This document shows, piece after piece, positions 19,606 through 29,420 of a stretch of DNA of 64,000 nucleotides. The DNA is from an uncultured Nitrospiraceae bacterium. Lineage in GTDB: Bacteria; Nitrospirota; Nitrospiria; Nitrospirales; Nitrospiraceae. The notes under the pieces were generated by a model. The model searched no databases. It was not told the origin of the DNA and worked only from the letters and a program-made list of their open reading frames with translations. The stretch lies in contig CAVPLT010000004.1 in the NCBI GenBank assembly GCA_963706325.1, positions 1,072,031 through 1,136,030 on the forward strand, given 5' to 3'. Position numbers and translations under genes: made by a program. Every line of letters starts with the position of its first letter. The first letter of the stretch is position 1.

Positions 19606-20586
19606 ATGTCGACTCTCATCAATGAAATCGATGCTCGGACCCGGCTCGCCGGCGCGAACCAGATGGAGCTATTGCTGTTCAAGCTGGGGACCAACGAAAT
19701 CTTCGGGATCAACGTCTTCAAGGTCCGCGAAGTCATGAAATTGCCGGAACTCACACAAATCCCGGAAGCGGATAACCGCATTGTAGGCATGGCCAACATT
19801 CGGGGAATTATGGTTCCGGTCGTGGGTCTCAAGCGCAGTTTGGGCTTGGGAGCGGAGGGGGAGGGGCAACCGGGATCCGCCACCGCGCATCCCTACCTGA
19901 TCGTGTCCGAATACAATGGGAGCCTACAGGGGTTCCTCGTGGCAGGAGTCGATCGCATCATTCGCTTCTCCTGGTCCGCCATTAAGACGCCTCCGGCGAT
20001 CGTCAGGGAAAATAACAAGGGCGCGGTCACGGCCGTCACGATGTTGGACGACGGTCGCATGGTGTTGATTCTCGACGTCGAAAAAGTCCTGAACGATATT
20101 TGTCCCCGCTCGGATGATGAGGTCTTTGCCGGTATGGTGGCCACGCCGGCGCTCAAATCTAAGTGCATGTTGTTTGCCGACGATTCCTCGGTGGCCCGCA
20201 CCCAAATTCGCAAGGCCCTGGAACGTCTCGAGATGTCCTACATCATGACTACGACGGGGGGCGAGGCCTGGACAAAACTGCAAGCCCTCGCGGATCAGGC
20301 CACTGCTGAAGGCAAAGAACGCGTGGATCAGATCCAATGCATCTTGAGCGACATTGAGATGCCGGAGATGGATGGTTTTACCTTGACGAAACACATTCGC
20401 GCCGACCCGAGGCTCGCGCACTTGCCCGTCATGCTCCATTCCTCCTTGACGGGAGCGTGCAATATGGAAAAAGGCAAAGCGGTCGGCGCCACTGACTACA
20501 TCACCAAATTTGACGCCAAAATGCTGGGCGAAAAACTTTCTTTATACGTTGGGCAAGAACTGCCACAGGCCAGCAAGGCCGCCTAA
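19606..20586 (+). CDS. cheV: CheW-REC protein CheV
   Basis: FGINVFKVREV CheW domain plus REC (ADDS, SDIEMPEMDG, HSSL). Confidence 0.93.
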   Translation: MSTLINEIDARTRLAGANQMELLLFKLGTNEIFGINVFKVREVMKLPELTQIPEADNRIVGMANIRGIMVPVVGLKRSLGLGAEGEGQPGSATAHPYLIVSEYNGSLQGFLVAGVDRIIRFSWSAIKTPPAIVRENNKGAVTAVTMLDDGRMVLILDVEKVLNDICPRSDDEVFAGMVATPALKSKCMLFADDSSVARTQIRKALERLEMSYIMTTTGGEAWTKLQALADQATAEGKERVDQIQCILSDIEMPEMDGFTLTKHIRADPRLAHLPVMLHSSLTGACNMEKGKAVGATDYITKFDAKMLGEKLSLYVGQELPQASKAA

Positions 20587-20599
20587 CCGACCAGCTCAC

Positions 20600-20627
20600 T
20601 CAAGCTTTCACAGCAGACGGCCGATCT
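20600..20627 (+). promoter_or_regulatory. Putative internal sigma-28 promoter upstream of cheB
   Basis: TCAAG-N15-GCCGATCT, same spacing as the fliC promoter. Confidence 0.5.
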
Positions 20628-20641
20628 AGCACACAGACGTT

Positions 20642-21739
20642 ATGGCGCTTCCACTTTCACAGATGAGCCTCGCGACCCCAAAGGTTCGCGTCTTGGTCGT
20701 AGACGATTCCGCCTTCATGCGAAAAAGCCTGACTGCCATGCTCGAAGAAGGCAAACAGATTCAAGTGGTAGGTGTGGCGCGGAACGGGGAAGAAGCCGTT
20801 CAGCAGGTGCAACAGTTGAAACCAGACGTGGTCACGATGGATGTGGAAATGCCCGGCATGACGGGTCTACAAGCATTGCAGCAAATCATGGCAAAACATC
20901 CGGTGCCCGTCATCATGGTCAGTTCCATCACCATCGAGGGCGCGCAGGAAACGCTGCAAGCCCTGGAATGGGGCGCGGTAGATTTCGTCCCGAAACAGTT
21001 GGATGGCGTCGCCTCTAAAATTGCCGAGATTCAAAAGCTGCTGGTGTCCAAAGTGTTGGAAGCCAGACATGCGCGCTTAAAGATGAGAGCCATCCCGCTG
21101 ACCGGGCAGGCGAAGATGGCCGTCCCACCTGCCCAATCGCTCAGTAGCTTTTCTGTCAGCGTAACCCGCGGCACGAAATTGATCGCCATCGGCTGTTCGA
21201 CGGGAGGCCCCCAGGCCCTGTTCGAAATTATGCCGATGATCCCGGCAGATTGCCCGGCCGGTATCGTCATCGTCCAACATATGCCGAAATCGTTTACCAA
21301 ACCGTTTGCGGAACGGTTGAACAATCTCTGCGCGCTTGAGGTGCGTGAAGCCGTCGATGGGGATGAAATCAAAGCAGGCCGGATTCTCGTGGCCCCTGGC
21401 GGCCTGCAGTTTCGAATCGTCAAGAGAACCATCACGAGCTCGGTCGTCAAACTGTCGCCGAACGTCGAAAACCATCCCCACGCCCCCTCCGTCGACATCA
21501 TGCTGAACTCGGTGGCGGCGCTCTACGGCGAGCGCAGTATCGGCGTGATCCTCACTGGGATGGGTCACGACGGGTTGGAAGGCATGAAAGCAATCAAGGC
21601 AGCAAAAGGTCGAACGGTGGCACAGGATGAAGCATCGAGTGTCGTGTACGGCATGCCAAAAGCCGTCGTGGAAGCCGGGTGTGCAGAGAAAGTGGTTTCG
21701 CTATCCAAGGTGATCGGCGAAGTCATGAATATGGTGTGA
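20642..21739 (+). CDS. cheB: Chemotaxis methylesterase
   Basis: REC domain plus GCSTGGP, VQHMP, PSVD, ILTGMGHDG, VVYGMP. Confidence 0.96.
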   Translation: MALPLSQMSLATPKVRVLVVDDSAFMRKSLTAMLEEGKQIQVVGVARNGEEAVQQVQQLKPDVVTMDVEMPGMTGLQALQQIMAKHPVPVIMVSSITIEGAQETLQALEWGAVDFVPKQLDGVASKIAEIQKLLVSKVLEARHARLKMRAIPLTGQAKMAVPPAQSLSSFSVSVTRGTKLIAIGCSTGGPQALFEIMPMIPADCPAGIVIVQHMPKSFTKPFAERLNNLCALEVREAVDGDEIKAGRILVAPGGLQFRIVKRTITSSVVKLSPNVENHPHAPSVDIMLNSVAALYGERSIGVILTGMGHDGLEGMKAIKAAKGRTVAQDEASSVVYGMPKAVVEAGCAEKVVSLSKVIGEVMNMV

Positions 21740-21766
21740 CAGGGAGCGTCATCTCAATCGTTCACA

Positions 21767-23473
21767 ATGGAGAGGGTAGGAGGCGTTATGGGGAGCATGT
21801 TTAAGGGTATGACTATCGGGCCTAAGTTCATTCTGTCGATTTCTGCCGTGGCACTGCTGGTCATCACGCTCGGCCTGGTGGTCCTGTACCAACAGGAAGA
21901 AGCCAAAATGGACACCATGCTATCCGGGCGTAGCAGCGTAATCAGCACACAGATTATGATTGGTCGCGCGTATATCACGCAGAACTATGTGGCCAAGATC
22001 AAGAAATCGAAGGCAGGCGCAGATATGCAGGTCTTGAAAGACCATACCGGAGTCTCCGATGCCATCCCGTTTCCCGCGACCGCGGTGAGGGAGATGGGAG
22101 AGGAAGCTTCCCGAACCGGCCTCTACAGCGCGCGCTTGGTGAGCCAAAATCCAATGAATCCTGCCAATAGTCCCAAGGATAATTTTGAAAGCGAAGCGAT
22201 CCGGGCCATTATGGCGGGCGCTGACCATTATTCCCGACGCGATGATGTCAATGGAGTGCAGACATTTCGCCGCGCAGTTGCCGATAAGGCTTCGGCTGCA
22301 GCCTGTTTGAGCTGCCACACCAACAACCAAGTGGGAGACACTCTCGGCATGCTGAGCCTCTCGCTTCCAATGTCTGAGGCTATTGCGCTCTCGAGTCGCT
22401 CCATGTGGCAGACCGGCGGTCTTATGGCAGGCGTGGTCGTGATCGTTATGGTGGTCACCTATTTCTTGCTCCGTAATATCGTCCTGAAACCTTTGGCGAA
22501 AATGAGCGATATTTCCCGGGACATCGCCAAAGGCGAAGGCGACCTCACCAAGCGTGTGCCGTCGGATGGCAATGATGAAATTGCGCACATGGGCGGGTAC
22601 TTCAATGAGTTCATCGAAAAGCTGCAGCAGATGATCAAAAAAGTAGCGCACGTGACGGACAAAGTGGCTTCTGCCTCCGTCGAATTGTCTGCCACGGCCG
22701 AAGAAATTTCCAAGGGGACTGACACCCTGACTTCGCGCGCCTCCCAAACAGCGGCTGCGGTGGAAGAGATGAATGCGACTGTCGGGCAAGTCGCGCAGAA
22801 TTCTGGCAAAGCCGCCAGCCTGGCTCAGGATACCGTGAAGACTGCGCAAGAAGGCGGAACGGTGGTGTCTAGCACCATCTCCGGGATGCAGCAGTTGTCT
22901 GAAGCCGTGTCCAATTCAGCAACGATTATCTCTGACCTGGGGAAATCGTCCGATCAAATCGGCGAGATTGTGCGCACCATCGAAGATATCGCCGACCAGA
23001 CCAACTTGCTGGCATTGAACGCCGCAATCGAAGCGGCTCGTGCTGGTGAGCAAGGACGAGGATTCGCCGTGGTGGCCGATGAAGTCCGGAAACTGGCCGA
23101 ACGGACGACCAAAGCCACCAAAGAAATCGGAGATATGATCCGCCAGATCCAGCACGATACGCGAGGCGCCGTCGACTCGATGCAGCAGGGGACGCAGAAA
23201 GTGACGGCCGGCGTCGACCTGGTCAATAAGACCGGCGAAGCCCTGTCCCAGATCGTTCGGATGGTATCCGAAAGCGCCGATATGATCCGGCAGATTGCCG
23301 TGGCGTCTGAAGAGCAATCCGTGGCGACACAGCAGATCGCCAGCGACATCGAAAATGTGGCGAAGGTCACCAAAGAGTCGTCGTCGGGGGCCCATGAGTC
23401 GGCCAAGGCCAGCCAAGATCTGAGTCAGCTGGCGGTCGAACTGCAGGGAATCGTGGGTGGCTTCAAGATCTAA
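21767..23473 (+). CDS. Methyl-accepting chemotaxis protein with periplasmic c-type heme (DUF3365-like) sensor
   Basis: Two TM segments, periplasmic NPMNPANSP...CLSCH, HAMP (GDLTKRV...DEIA), signalling core [40 protein letters not shown]. Start may be 21788. Confidence 0.93.
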   Translation: MERVGGVMGSMFKGMTIGPKFILSISAVALLVITLGLVVLYQQEEAKMDTMLSGRSSVISTQIMIGRAYITQNYVAKIKKSKAGADMQVLKDHTGVSDAIPFPATAVREMGEEASRTGLYSARLVSQNPMNPANSPKDNFESEAIRAIMAGADHYSRRDDVNGVQTFRRAVADKASAAACLSCHTNNQVGDTLGMLSLSLPMSEAIALSSRSMWQTGGLMAGVVVIVMVVTYFLLRNIVLKPLAKMSDISRDIAKGEGDLTKRVPSDGNDEIAHMGGYFNEFIEKLQQMIKKVAHVTDKVASASVELSATAEEISKGTDTLTSRASQTAAAVEEMNATVGQVAQNSGKAASLAQDTVKTAQEGGTVVSSTISGMQQLSEAVSNSATIISDLGKSSDQIGEIVRTIEDIADQTNLLALNAAIEAARAGEQGRGFAVVADEVRKLAERTTKATKEIGDMIRQIQHDTRGAVDSMQQGTQKVTAGVDLVNKTGEALSQIVRMVSESADMIRQIAVASEEQSVATQQIASDIENVAKVTKESSSGAHESAKASQDLSQLAVELQGIVGGFKI

Positions 23474-23500
23474 GCGCCCAACCACGAGAAGGAGCCCAGC

Positions 23501-24019
23501 ATGAGCGCCACTGAACAACAGGTCAACCCCCTCTACCAGGCGTCCGCAGACAACCCTGCGGACCGCCTGGGCGAGAAATCCGGTGACGATCTCCTGCAGT
23601 TCGTCATCTGTCTGATCGGGAGTGAAGAATTCGCGGTCGATGTGCTGAGTGTCCAGGAAATAAATCGGATTGTAGAGGTCACTCGAGTTCCGAAGACGCC
23701 GCCCTACGTTGAAGGCGTCATCAACCTCCGAGGCCGGATCATTCCCGTGCTGGATTTGCGAAAGCTGTTCGGCCTTGCCGGCGCCCAACAGACCACACAG
23801 ACTCGTATTGTGGTGGTGTCCGTGCAGGCGCGCCTGGTTGGGTTGATCGTGGACTCGGTTGAAGAGGTCCTTCGCGTCCCTCGAAGCGCCATCGAACCGC
23901 CGCCCTCGGTCGGCACGATGGCTGGAGCGGAATTCACCCAAGGCGTGGGACGCATTGATGATCGGCTGCTTATCTTAGTGGATTTGAGTCGACTGCTCCT
24001 AGCGCGAGAAGCGGCCTAG
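23501..24019 (+). CDS. cheW: Chemotaxis coupling protein
   Basis: FAVDVLSVQEI, YVEGVINLRGRIIPVLDLR, GLIVDSVEEV. Confidence 0.95.
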   Translation: MSATEQQVNPLYQASADNPADRLGEKSGDDLLQFVICLIGSEEFAVDVLSVQEINRIVEVTRVPKTPPYVEGVINLRGRIIPVLDLRKLFGLAGAQQTTQTRIVVVSVQARLVGLIVDSVEEVLRVPRSAIEPPPSVGTMAGAEFTQGVGRIDDRLLILVDLSRLLLAREAA

Positions 24020-24160
24020 TAGGGCTACTGTCCAGCGAGTGAGAGGTACGCGGGGGAGTGCGAAGCACCTACGCGCAGGCCAGATCTGCCGCCTCAAATC
24101 TTTGAATGGCTGCGCGGAGAGCGGATCGTGACGAAAGCTCTGTCACGGTGTAGGAATATC

Positions 24161-24415
24161 TTAGGAACTTTGAGCGTCGGACGGAGAGGGCGGGGAGGAG
24201 CCGCGGCGATTCTGAGCTTCGAGCACCCGTTCAAGCAGCTGTAATGACTCCGACAACAGATCCGAAGCACAGCTCAGAGTGACATGAAATTGGTGCATGG
24301 CTTCCGGCCAGCGACCTTCCTGCTGCAGGACCTGAAATTTCCGATGTTGCTCATCCAGAATGGCTTGTTTGGCATCAAGCATCAAGCTATCAGCAGAACC
24401 CACAGGCACCTCCAT
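24161..24415 (-). CDS. Hypothetical small helical protein
   Basis: 84-aa ORF filling the cheW-motA gap, with plausible amphipathic composition. Confidence 0.55.
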   Translation of the reverse strand: MEVPVGSADSLMLDAKQAILDEQHRKFQVLQQEGRWPEAMHQFHVTLSCASDLLSESLQLLERVLEAQNRRGSSPPSPSDAQSS

Positions 24416-24539
24416 GACAACCCATTGTGACTGTGGCGCACGCTACCAAAGTATTTCCGGAAGGCGCAAGCCCACCGTTCAGATTTCACACGGTACTTTT
24501 GAGGGACACCATCGCACGTGGTGCTAAGGTAATCGAATC

Positions 24540-25310
24540 TTGGATATCGCCACTATATTGGGCGTCGTCATAGCAATCGTCTCCATCCTCGGTGGCCAGG
24601 CTCTCGAGGGCGGACACATCGGGTCGGTGCTGCAATTAACGGCCTTTATCATCGTCATGGGTGGAACGATCGGGGCCTGCTGCGTGCAAAATCCGCTTCC
24701 AGTCGTGATTAAATCGATCACCTCAGTTAGCCTTGTATTGACCAATCCATCCCACGACGTCAAAGGCACGATTACGCAAATCCTGGAGTTGGCCAATGTG
24801 TCGCGGAAGCAAGGTCTGCTCGCCCTCGAAGGGAGATTGAAGGACCTACATGATCCGTTTTTTAAAAAAGGCGTACAGCTCATCGTCGACGGGACCGACC
24901 CTAAACTCCTCCAAGAAATTCTGGAGATCGAGGTAGAGCAGCACGAGGAAAGCGGGGTGCATGCCGCCAAGGTCTGGGAAGCCGCCGGAGGGTATGCGCC
25001 GACGGTCGGAATCCTCGGCGCCGTGCTCGGCTTGATCCATGTGATGGAAAATCTGGCTGACCCATCCAAGCTGGGCGGAGGAATTGCCGTGGCGTTCGTC
25101 GCTACCGTCTACGGTGTTGGAGCCGCTAATCTGTTTTTCCTCCCGATTGCCAACAAAATGAAGTTTAAAATTAAGGAAGAAGCCGGCTTACGGACGATGG
25201 TGATTTTGGGCCTCGTCGGGCTTGCCCAGGGAGAAAACCCCCGACTCCTCCAAGAGAAACTGGAAAGCTATCTGCCTCCGCACGAGCGGACGAAGGAAGA
25301 CAAGAAATAA
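24540..25310 (+). CDS. motA: Flagellar motor stator protein A
   Basis: MDIATILG, RKQGLLALE, GGYAPTVGILGAVLGLI, AFVATVYG, GENP. TTG start. Confidence 0.95.
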   Translation: MDIATILGVVIAIVSILGGQALEGGHIGSVLQLTAFIIVMGGTIGACCVQNPLPVVIKSITSVSLVLTNPSHDVKGTITQILELANVSRKQGLLALEGRLKDLHDPFFKKGVQLIVDGTDPKLLQEILEIEVEQHEESGVHAAKVWEAAGGYAPTVGILGAVLGLIHVMENLADPSKLGGGIAVAFVATVYGVGAANLFFLPIANKMKFKIKEEAGLRTMVILGLVGLAQGENPRLLQEKLESYLPPHERTKEDKK

Positions 25311-25390
25311 CAGCGTTTGTCCATCTTGAAGCGCATCTCGGTGGCAAGTATTCACGTCGCGGTTCACCAGGTACGTTGTTCGGTCTCCTC

Positions 25391-26170
25391 ATGGCCAAGA
25401 AAAAACACGAAGAGCACGAAAATCACGAACGCTGGCTGGTGTCGTACGCCGACTTCATCACCCTGCTGTTCGCCTTTTTTGTCGTCATGTATTCGGTATC
25501 GTCTGTGAACGAGGGCAAATATCGAACTGTCAGCGATTCCATCAAAGCCGCACTGAATCCAATCAATAGCGTCCCATCCAGCCGGTTGCCTTTTGCTGTC
25601 GGCGCCGCGAGACCGGCGACGATCACCTCTGACATGGCGAGCACGGGCGACCCCGTTATCCGTCGGATGCGGGAGATCATCACCAGGCTCAACCCAAATC
25701 TCAAGGGAGACATCTCAGAGGTCAAAATTATTGAAAGCGGTCATGGCACAATCATGATTTCCTTGCCGGAATCCATTCTCTTCCAAAGCGGAGAAGCCCG
25801 AGTCCGGTCGGAAGCCCTCCCATTTTTGAAGGCGCTGTCCGAAATTCTGATCGAAATGGATCGCCACATCCGAGTTCTGGGTCATACGGACAATGTGCCG
25901 ATCCGAACGGCGCAATTTCCATCCAACTGGGAACTATCGGCCGGACGTGCGGTCATGGTCGTGAGGATTTTTGCCGAACTTTATGGGGTGCCACTTACTC
26001 ATCTATCCGCCACCGGCCAGGCAGATGCCAAACCACTTGCCAGTAACGATACGCCCGAAGGGCGGACGAAGAACCGCAGAGTTGAAATTATCATTCTCGA
26101 ACATACCGCCAATGAAAACACCTTGGATTCTTTACTTCCCAAGGAACCCTCTCCAACTCGTCTCTTCTGA
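25391..26170 (+). CDS. motB: Flagellar motor stator protein B
   Basis: WLVSYADFITLLFAFFVVMY; OmpA-like GHTDNVP, SNWELS, NRRVEI. Confidence 0.95.
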   Translation: MAKKKHEEHENHERWLVSYADFITLLFAFFVVMYSVSSVNEGKYRTVSDSIKAALNPINSVPSSRLPFAVGAARPATITSDMASTGDPVIRRMREIITRLNPNLKGDISEVKIIESGHGTIMISLPESILFQSGEARVRSEALPFLKALSEILIEMDRHIRVLGHTDNVPIRTAQFPSNWELSAGRAVMVVRIFAELYGVPLTHLSATGQADAKPLASNDTPEGRTKNRRVEIIILEHTANENTLDSLLPKEPSPTRLF

Positions 26171-26246
26171 TGGGCCGGGAAAAATGACCTAAAAGAATTC
26201 TAGTTTTCCTGCAGTGCCTCTGGCTCGACTCCCTGCCTGTTCAGAT

Positions 26247-26274
26247 TCAAGATGCAGCTCATAATGACCGATAA
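26247..26274 (+). promoter_or_regulatory. Putative sigma-28 promoter upstream of the DUF420 gene
   Basis: TCAAG-N15-ACCGATAA. Confidence 0.5.
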
Positions 26275-26347
26275 AAACACAGTGCCGGTGTATGAATCTG
26301 GATCAGAGAGGACTCTTGCCGATTCAGTACTTGCCCAGGGACACAGC

Positions 26348-26809
26348 ATGGACCTCAAGACAATTGTTTGGTATCTGGTACTGTCCAGTCTGACGGTCGC
26401 TTATTTGGTCGTGCTGGCAGGCGTCCGATCGGCCAAGTCGCACGATGTGTCCCACCACTCGCATCGCATGATCGTCGGGTGCACGATCATCGGCATTTGG
26501 CTGGTGGCGTACGTGCTCAAACAATTGCTTTTCGGGCGTGATTCGTTTCGAGGCCCGGAGACTCAATACTGGTCGGTGTATGTCCCGATTTTTGTCACCC
26601 ACATGCTCCTCGCCGTCACCACCATAGGACTGGGAGCCTACAATTTATACATGGGGCTCCATCGCCTTCGGTACGGCAGCGTGGGCGCGATGGTCGCGGG
26701 CATGACCACCCACCGTCGAATGGGCAATGCACTCGTCTGGACTTTCAGCGGCACTATGCTGACGGCCTATCTTGTGTACCTGATGCTATTTGTCTGGTAC
26801 TCGGAGTAA
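26348..26809 (+). CDS. DUF420-like four-TM membrane protein
   Basis: Four hydrophobic helices with conserved His (HHSHRM, THMLLA, HRRMG) and C-terminal LVYLMLF. Confidence 0.7.
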   Translation: MDLKTIVWYLVLSSLTVAYLVVLAGVRSAKSHDVSHHSHRMIVGCTIIGIWLVAYVLKQLLFGRDSFRGPETQYWSVYVPIFVTHMLLAVTTIGLGAYNLYMGLHRLRYGSVGAMVAGMTTHRRMGNALVWTFSGTMLTAYLVYLMLFVWYSE

Positions 26810-27062
26810 CGCTATGAATGACTCGAGCACTAAACAGACGTACGACGACTTCCCCGCGCCCATCTTCGGCGAAAGCGACCTTCACCCGAGAAGAACATGG
26901 TCGCTTGATATTTCGCGCCAGGAGCATGAAAACCGCGTCTGGCACATGCGGGTGCTAGCACCTCTCAACCTTTCCGTTCTTTGTCGACATTCTCTCAACC
27001 ATTCTGATTCATGTTCCACGTGGGTGTTGCACTAACCTTTCAGAAGAAGCAAGGGAGTAGCC

Positions 27063-27401
27063 ATGACTATTACAGAAGAGATTCACAGCGATACCGCAAC
27101 CTTGAAATTAGAAGGCAGCTTTACCTACACCCAACGAAAGTTGTTCCAGGAGACGCTTAAAAACCTCGACCCCAAGACTGTCGAACATATCGTCGTCGAC
27201 CTCTCGCAGGTTTCGTTCCTCGATAGCGCAGCGTTAGGACTGTTGATGATCACGCATCGGCAATTAGTGGCCGACAAACGCAAACTCTCTTTGGCGCATC
27301 CCCAGTCGACGGTCAGACAGATTATTGAATTGGCCAACCTGCATAAAACGATTCCTCTCATCGAATCGACGGTCGCGCCGTTGGCAAAGAAAAGCGCGTA
27401 A
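27063..27401 (+). CDS. STAS-domain anti-anti-sigma factor
   Basis: VVDLSQVSFLDSAALGLL; SD GGGAG. Confidence 0.9.
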   Translation: MTITEEIHSDTATLKLEGSFTYTQRKLFQETLKNLDPKTVEHIVVDLSQVSFLDSAALGLLMITHRQLVADKRKLSLAHPQSTVRQIIELANLHKTIPLIESTVAPLAKKSA

Positions 27402-27433
27402 CGGCAGGCTCGCACGCCATTAAGGGCCCATGC

Positions 27434-27784
27434 ATGCAGATCACTGAGCGCCGGGTCGGTCAGGCCATCATTCTCAATTTGGTGGGAGAATTGACCTATG
27501 CCAACCGAAGCGCTTTCAAGGGAGCGGTGGAGCGGAGTAAACAGGCCGGCTGCCGTCATCTCATCTTGAGCATGGAGAGAGTTCGGTTTCTCGACAGCTC
27601 TGCGCTCGGCATGCTGGCGCTACTGGTCCAAAACCTAAAAGGTTCGCAAGCGACTGTGAGTCTAGTCAACCCGCAGAGCTATGTCAGGGAGATCATCACG
27701 CTGGCGAATCTGCATCGATTGTTGCCGGTCTACAATACGGAACAGGACGCCCTCGCAGGAGAGCGGCTCCCGACGGTTGGGTGA
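27434..27784 (+). CDS. STAS-domain anti-anti-sigma factor
   Basis: VRFLDSSALGML...VYNTEQDAL. Confidence 0.9.
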   Translation: MQITERRVGQAIILNLVGELTYANRSAFKGAVERSKQAGCRHLILSMERVRFLDSSALGMLALLVQNLKGSQATVSLVNPQSYVREIITLANLHRLLPVYNTEQDALAGERLPTVG

Positions 27785-29061
27785 GCGGAACGCACGACGT
27801 GGCACAGCCCGCACAAGAGAGAGTGAACCATCCCTCAGCCGAGCCGGGGAAACCCGCTCCCGTCATTCTGCTCGTCGACGACGACGATATTACCCGTACC
27901 AGCCTGGCCGCGCGACTAAAACGATTGGGATATCAGGTCATCGAAGCCGGCGATGGGAATGCCGGCCTGGTAGCGACGAGGACACACCGTCCTGACCTTA
28001 TTATTCTTGATTGGATGATGCCCGGACTGGACGGGCCGAGCGTCTGTGAAGCCATTCGGGCGGATGCGGAACTCAAATCCAGTCACGTCGTCTTAATGAC
28101 GGCGCACGATCGGCCCGATCAAATTGCGGAAGGCCTCTCGCGCGGAGCAGATGATTTCCTGAGCAAAGCGGCCAGCAAGCAAGAAGTTCTGGCGCGGGTC
28201 CAGGCCAGTCTCCGATCGAGCGCGCTCGTCCGCGAAATTGAACGGACACGCGATGATCTCGACGCCTCCCACCGGTTGCTGTCTGCGAAACAGGAAGAGC
28301 TCGAAAGTGAGCTCCAGTGTGCGGCCGACTTCGTCGCCTCGCAACTCCCTCCACCAGGCGCGCCGGCGTCGGGACTCACGATGCACTGGGCCTACCAACC
28401 GTCGCTTGCTCTGGGCGGTGATTTGTTCCAAGTGAGTCAATGGGGAACCGACACCTTGGGCCTCTACATTCTCGACGCCTCCGGCCACGGCGTGGCGGCG
28501 GCCTTGCGCGCCATTGCCTTAATGAGCTTTCTCCGCGAGGACAATCTGGCGAAGGCCGTCGGCAGCTACGACCCGGGCGACATCATCAATGAAGCGAATC
28601 GCCGCTTTCCATTGACGCAAGAAGGTGAATACTTCACGCTTTGGGTCGGTCGTCTCCACCTGCCGTCACGAACGCTTACCTATGCGGCGGCCGGCCACAG
28701 CGGCGCATTCGTGCACTCCGTCGACGGGACATCCGAATGGCTGTCCGCCGCCAGCCTGCCTCTGGGATTTGATGCGGGAACGACATTCGAAACCGGCTGC
28801 ACGCAGTTGCGGACGCGCGACCGACTCTATTTGTTGAGCGACGGCATCTACGAGGCTCCGTCGCCGACCGGCGAACTTTGGGGTCGGACGCGTCTCCAAC
28901 AGACGCTCGAGGCGAATCGCCATCTCGGCCTCGAGGAGTGCATAGACGAAACGATGACGACAGCTCGACAGTGGCTTGGTAGCGCAGTGTTTCCGGATGA
29001 TGTGGCCCTCGTCGGATTAGAAGTGCTCGATCAGGGCATCCCGCTCAGGAGTGAGCCATGA
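27781..29061 (+). CDS. Response regulator with PP2C (SpoIIE/RsbU) phosphatase domain
   Basis: REC (VDDD, LDWMMP) plus GGDL, DASGHG, SDGI, DDVAL. Confidence 0.92.
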   Translation: MSGTHDVAQPAQERVNHPSAEPGKPAPVILLVDDDDITRTSLAARLKRLGYQVIEAGDGNAGLVATRTHRPDLIILDWMMPGLDGPSVCEAIRADAELKSSHVVLMTAHDRPDQIAEGLSRGADDFLSKAASKQEVLARVQASLRSSALVREIERTRDDLDASHRLLSAKQEELESELQCAADFVASQLPPPGAPASGLTMHWAYQPSLALGGDLFQVSQWGTDTLGLYILDASGHGVAAALRAIALMSFLREDNLAKAVGSYDPGDIINEANRRFPLTQEGEYFTLWVGRLHLPSRTLTYAAAGHSGAFVHSVDGTSEWLSAASLPLGFDAGTTFETGCTQLRTRDRLYLLSDGIYEAPSPTGELWGRTRLQQTLEANRHLGLEECIDETMTTARQWLGSAVFPDDVALVGLEVLDQGIPLRSEP

Positions 29062-29420
29062 TGGGATCCCACAGGGCACTGGACCTGGCGGCAGCGTTGG
29101 ATCGATTCGATGGCGACCACGAACTGTTCCTGACTCTGGCCGGCATGTTTGTCGAACGCGTGCCACAGACACTGAACAGCATCCAGACGGCGCTTGCCAT
29201 GCACGACCTTCCTCTGCTGGCCAAGGAAGCGCACAAACTGAAAGGCTCGGCTTTAGAGTTCTGCGCGCATCCGACGGTCGCCGCTGCAACCCAGCTCGAG
29301 ACATCGGCTCGAGCGGCCGCGATGCAGGACATGGCCGCGCTCTGTGAACGGGTGCTGACGGAAACACAGCGCCTGACTACCGAGTTGAAGGGCATTATGG
29401 AAAAAGGATTTCCGTCATGA
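29058..29420 (+). CDS. Stand-alone Hpt phosphotransfer protein
   Basis: AHKLKGSA Hpt motif. Confidence 0.9.
   Translation: MMGSHRALDLAAALDRFDGDHELFLTLAGMFVERVPQTLNSIQTALAMHDLPLLAKEAHKLKGSALEFCAHPTVAAATQLETSARAAAMQDMAALCERVLTETQRLTTELKGIMEKGFPS

Noticed and set aside
26940..26956. TGGCAC...GTGC sigma-54-like site upstream of the STAS genes
   Set aside because: GG-to-GC spacing is 11 nt, not the required 10.
26790..27035. 81-aa ORF between DUF420 and the first STAS gene
   Set aside because: No recognisable motif or SD; probably intergenic.
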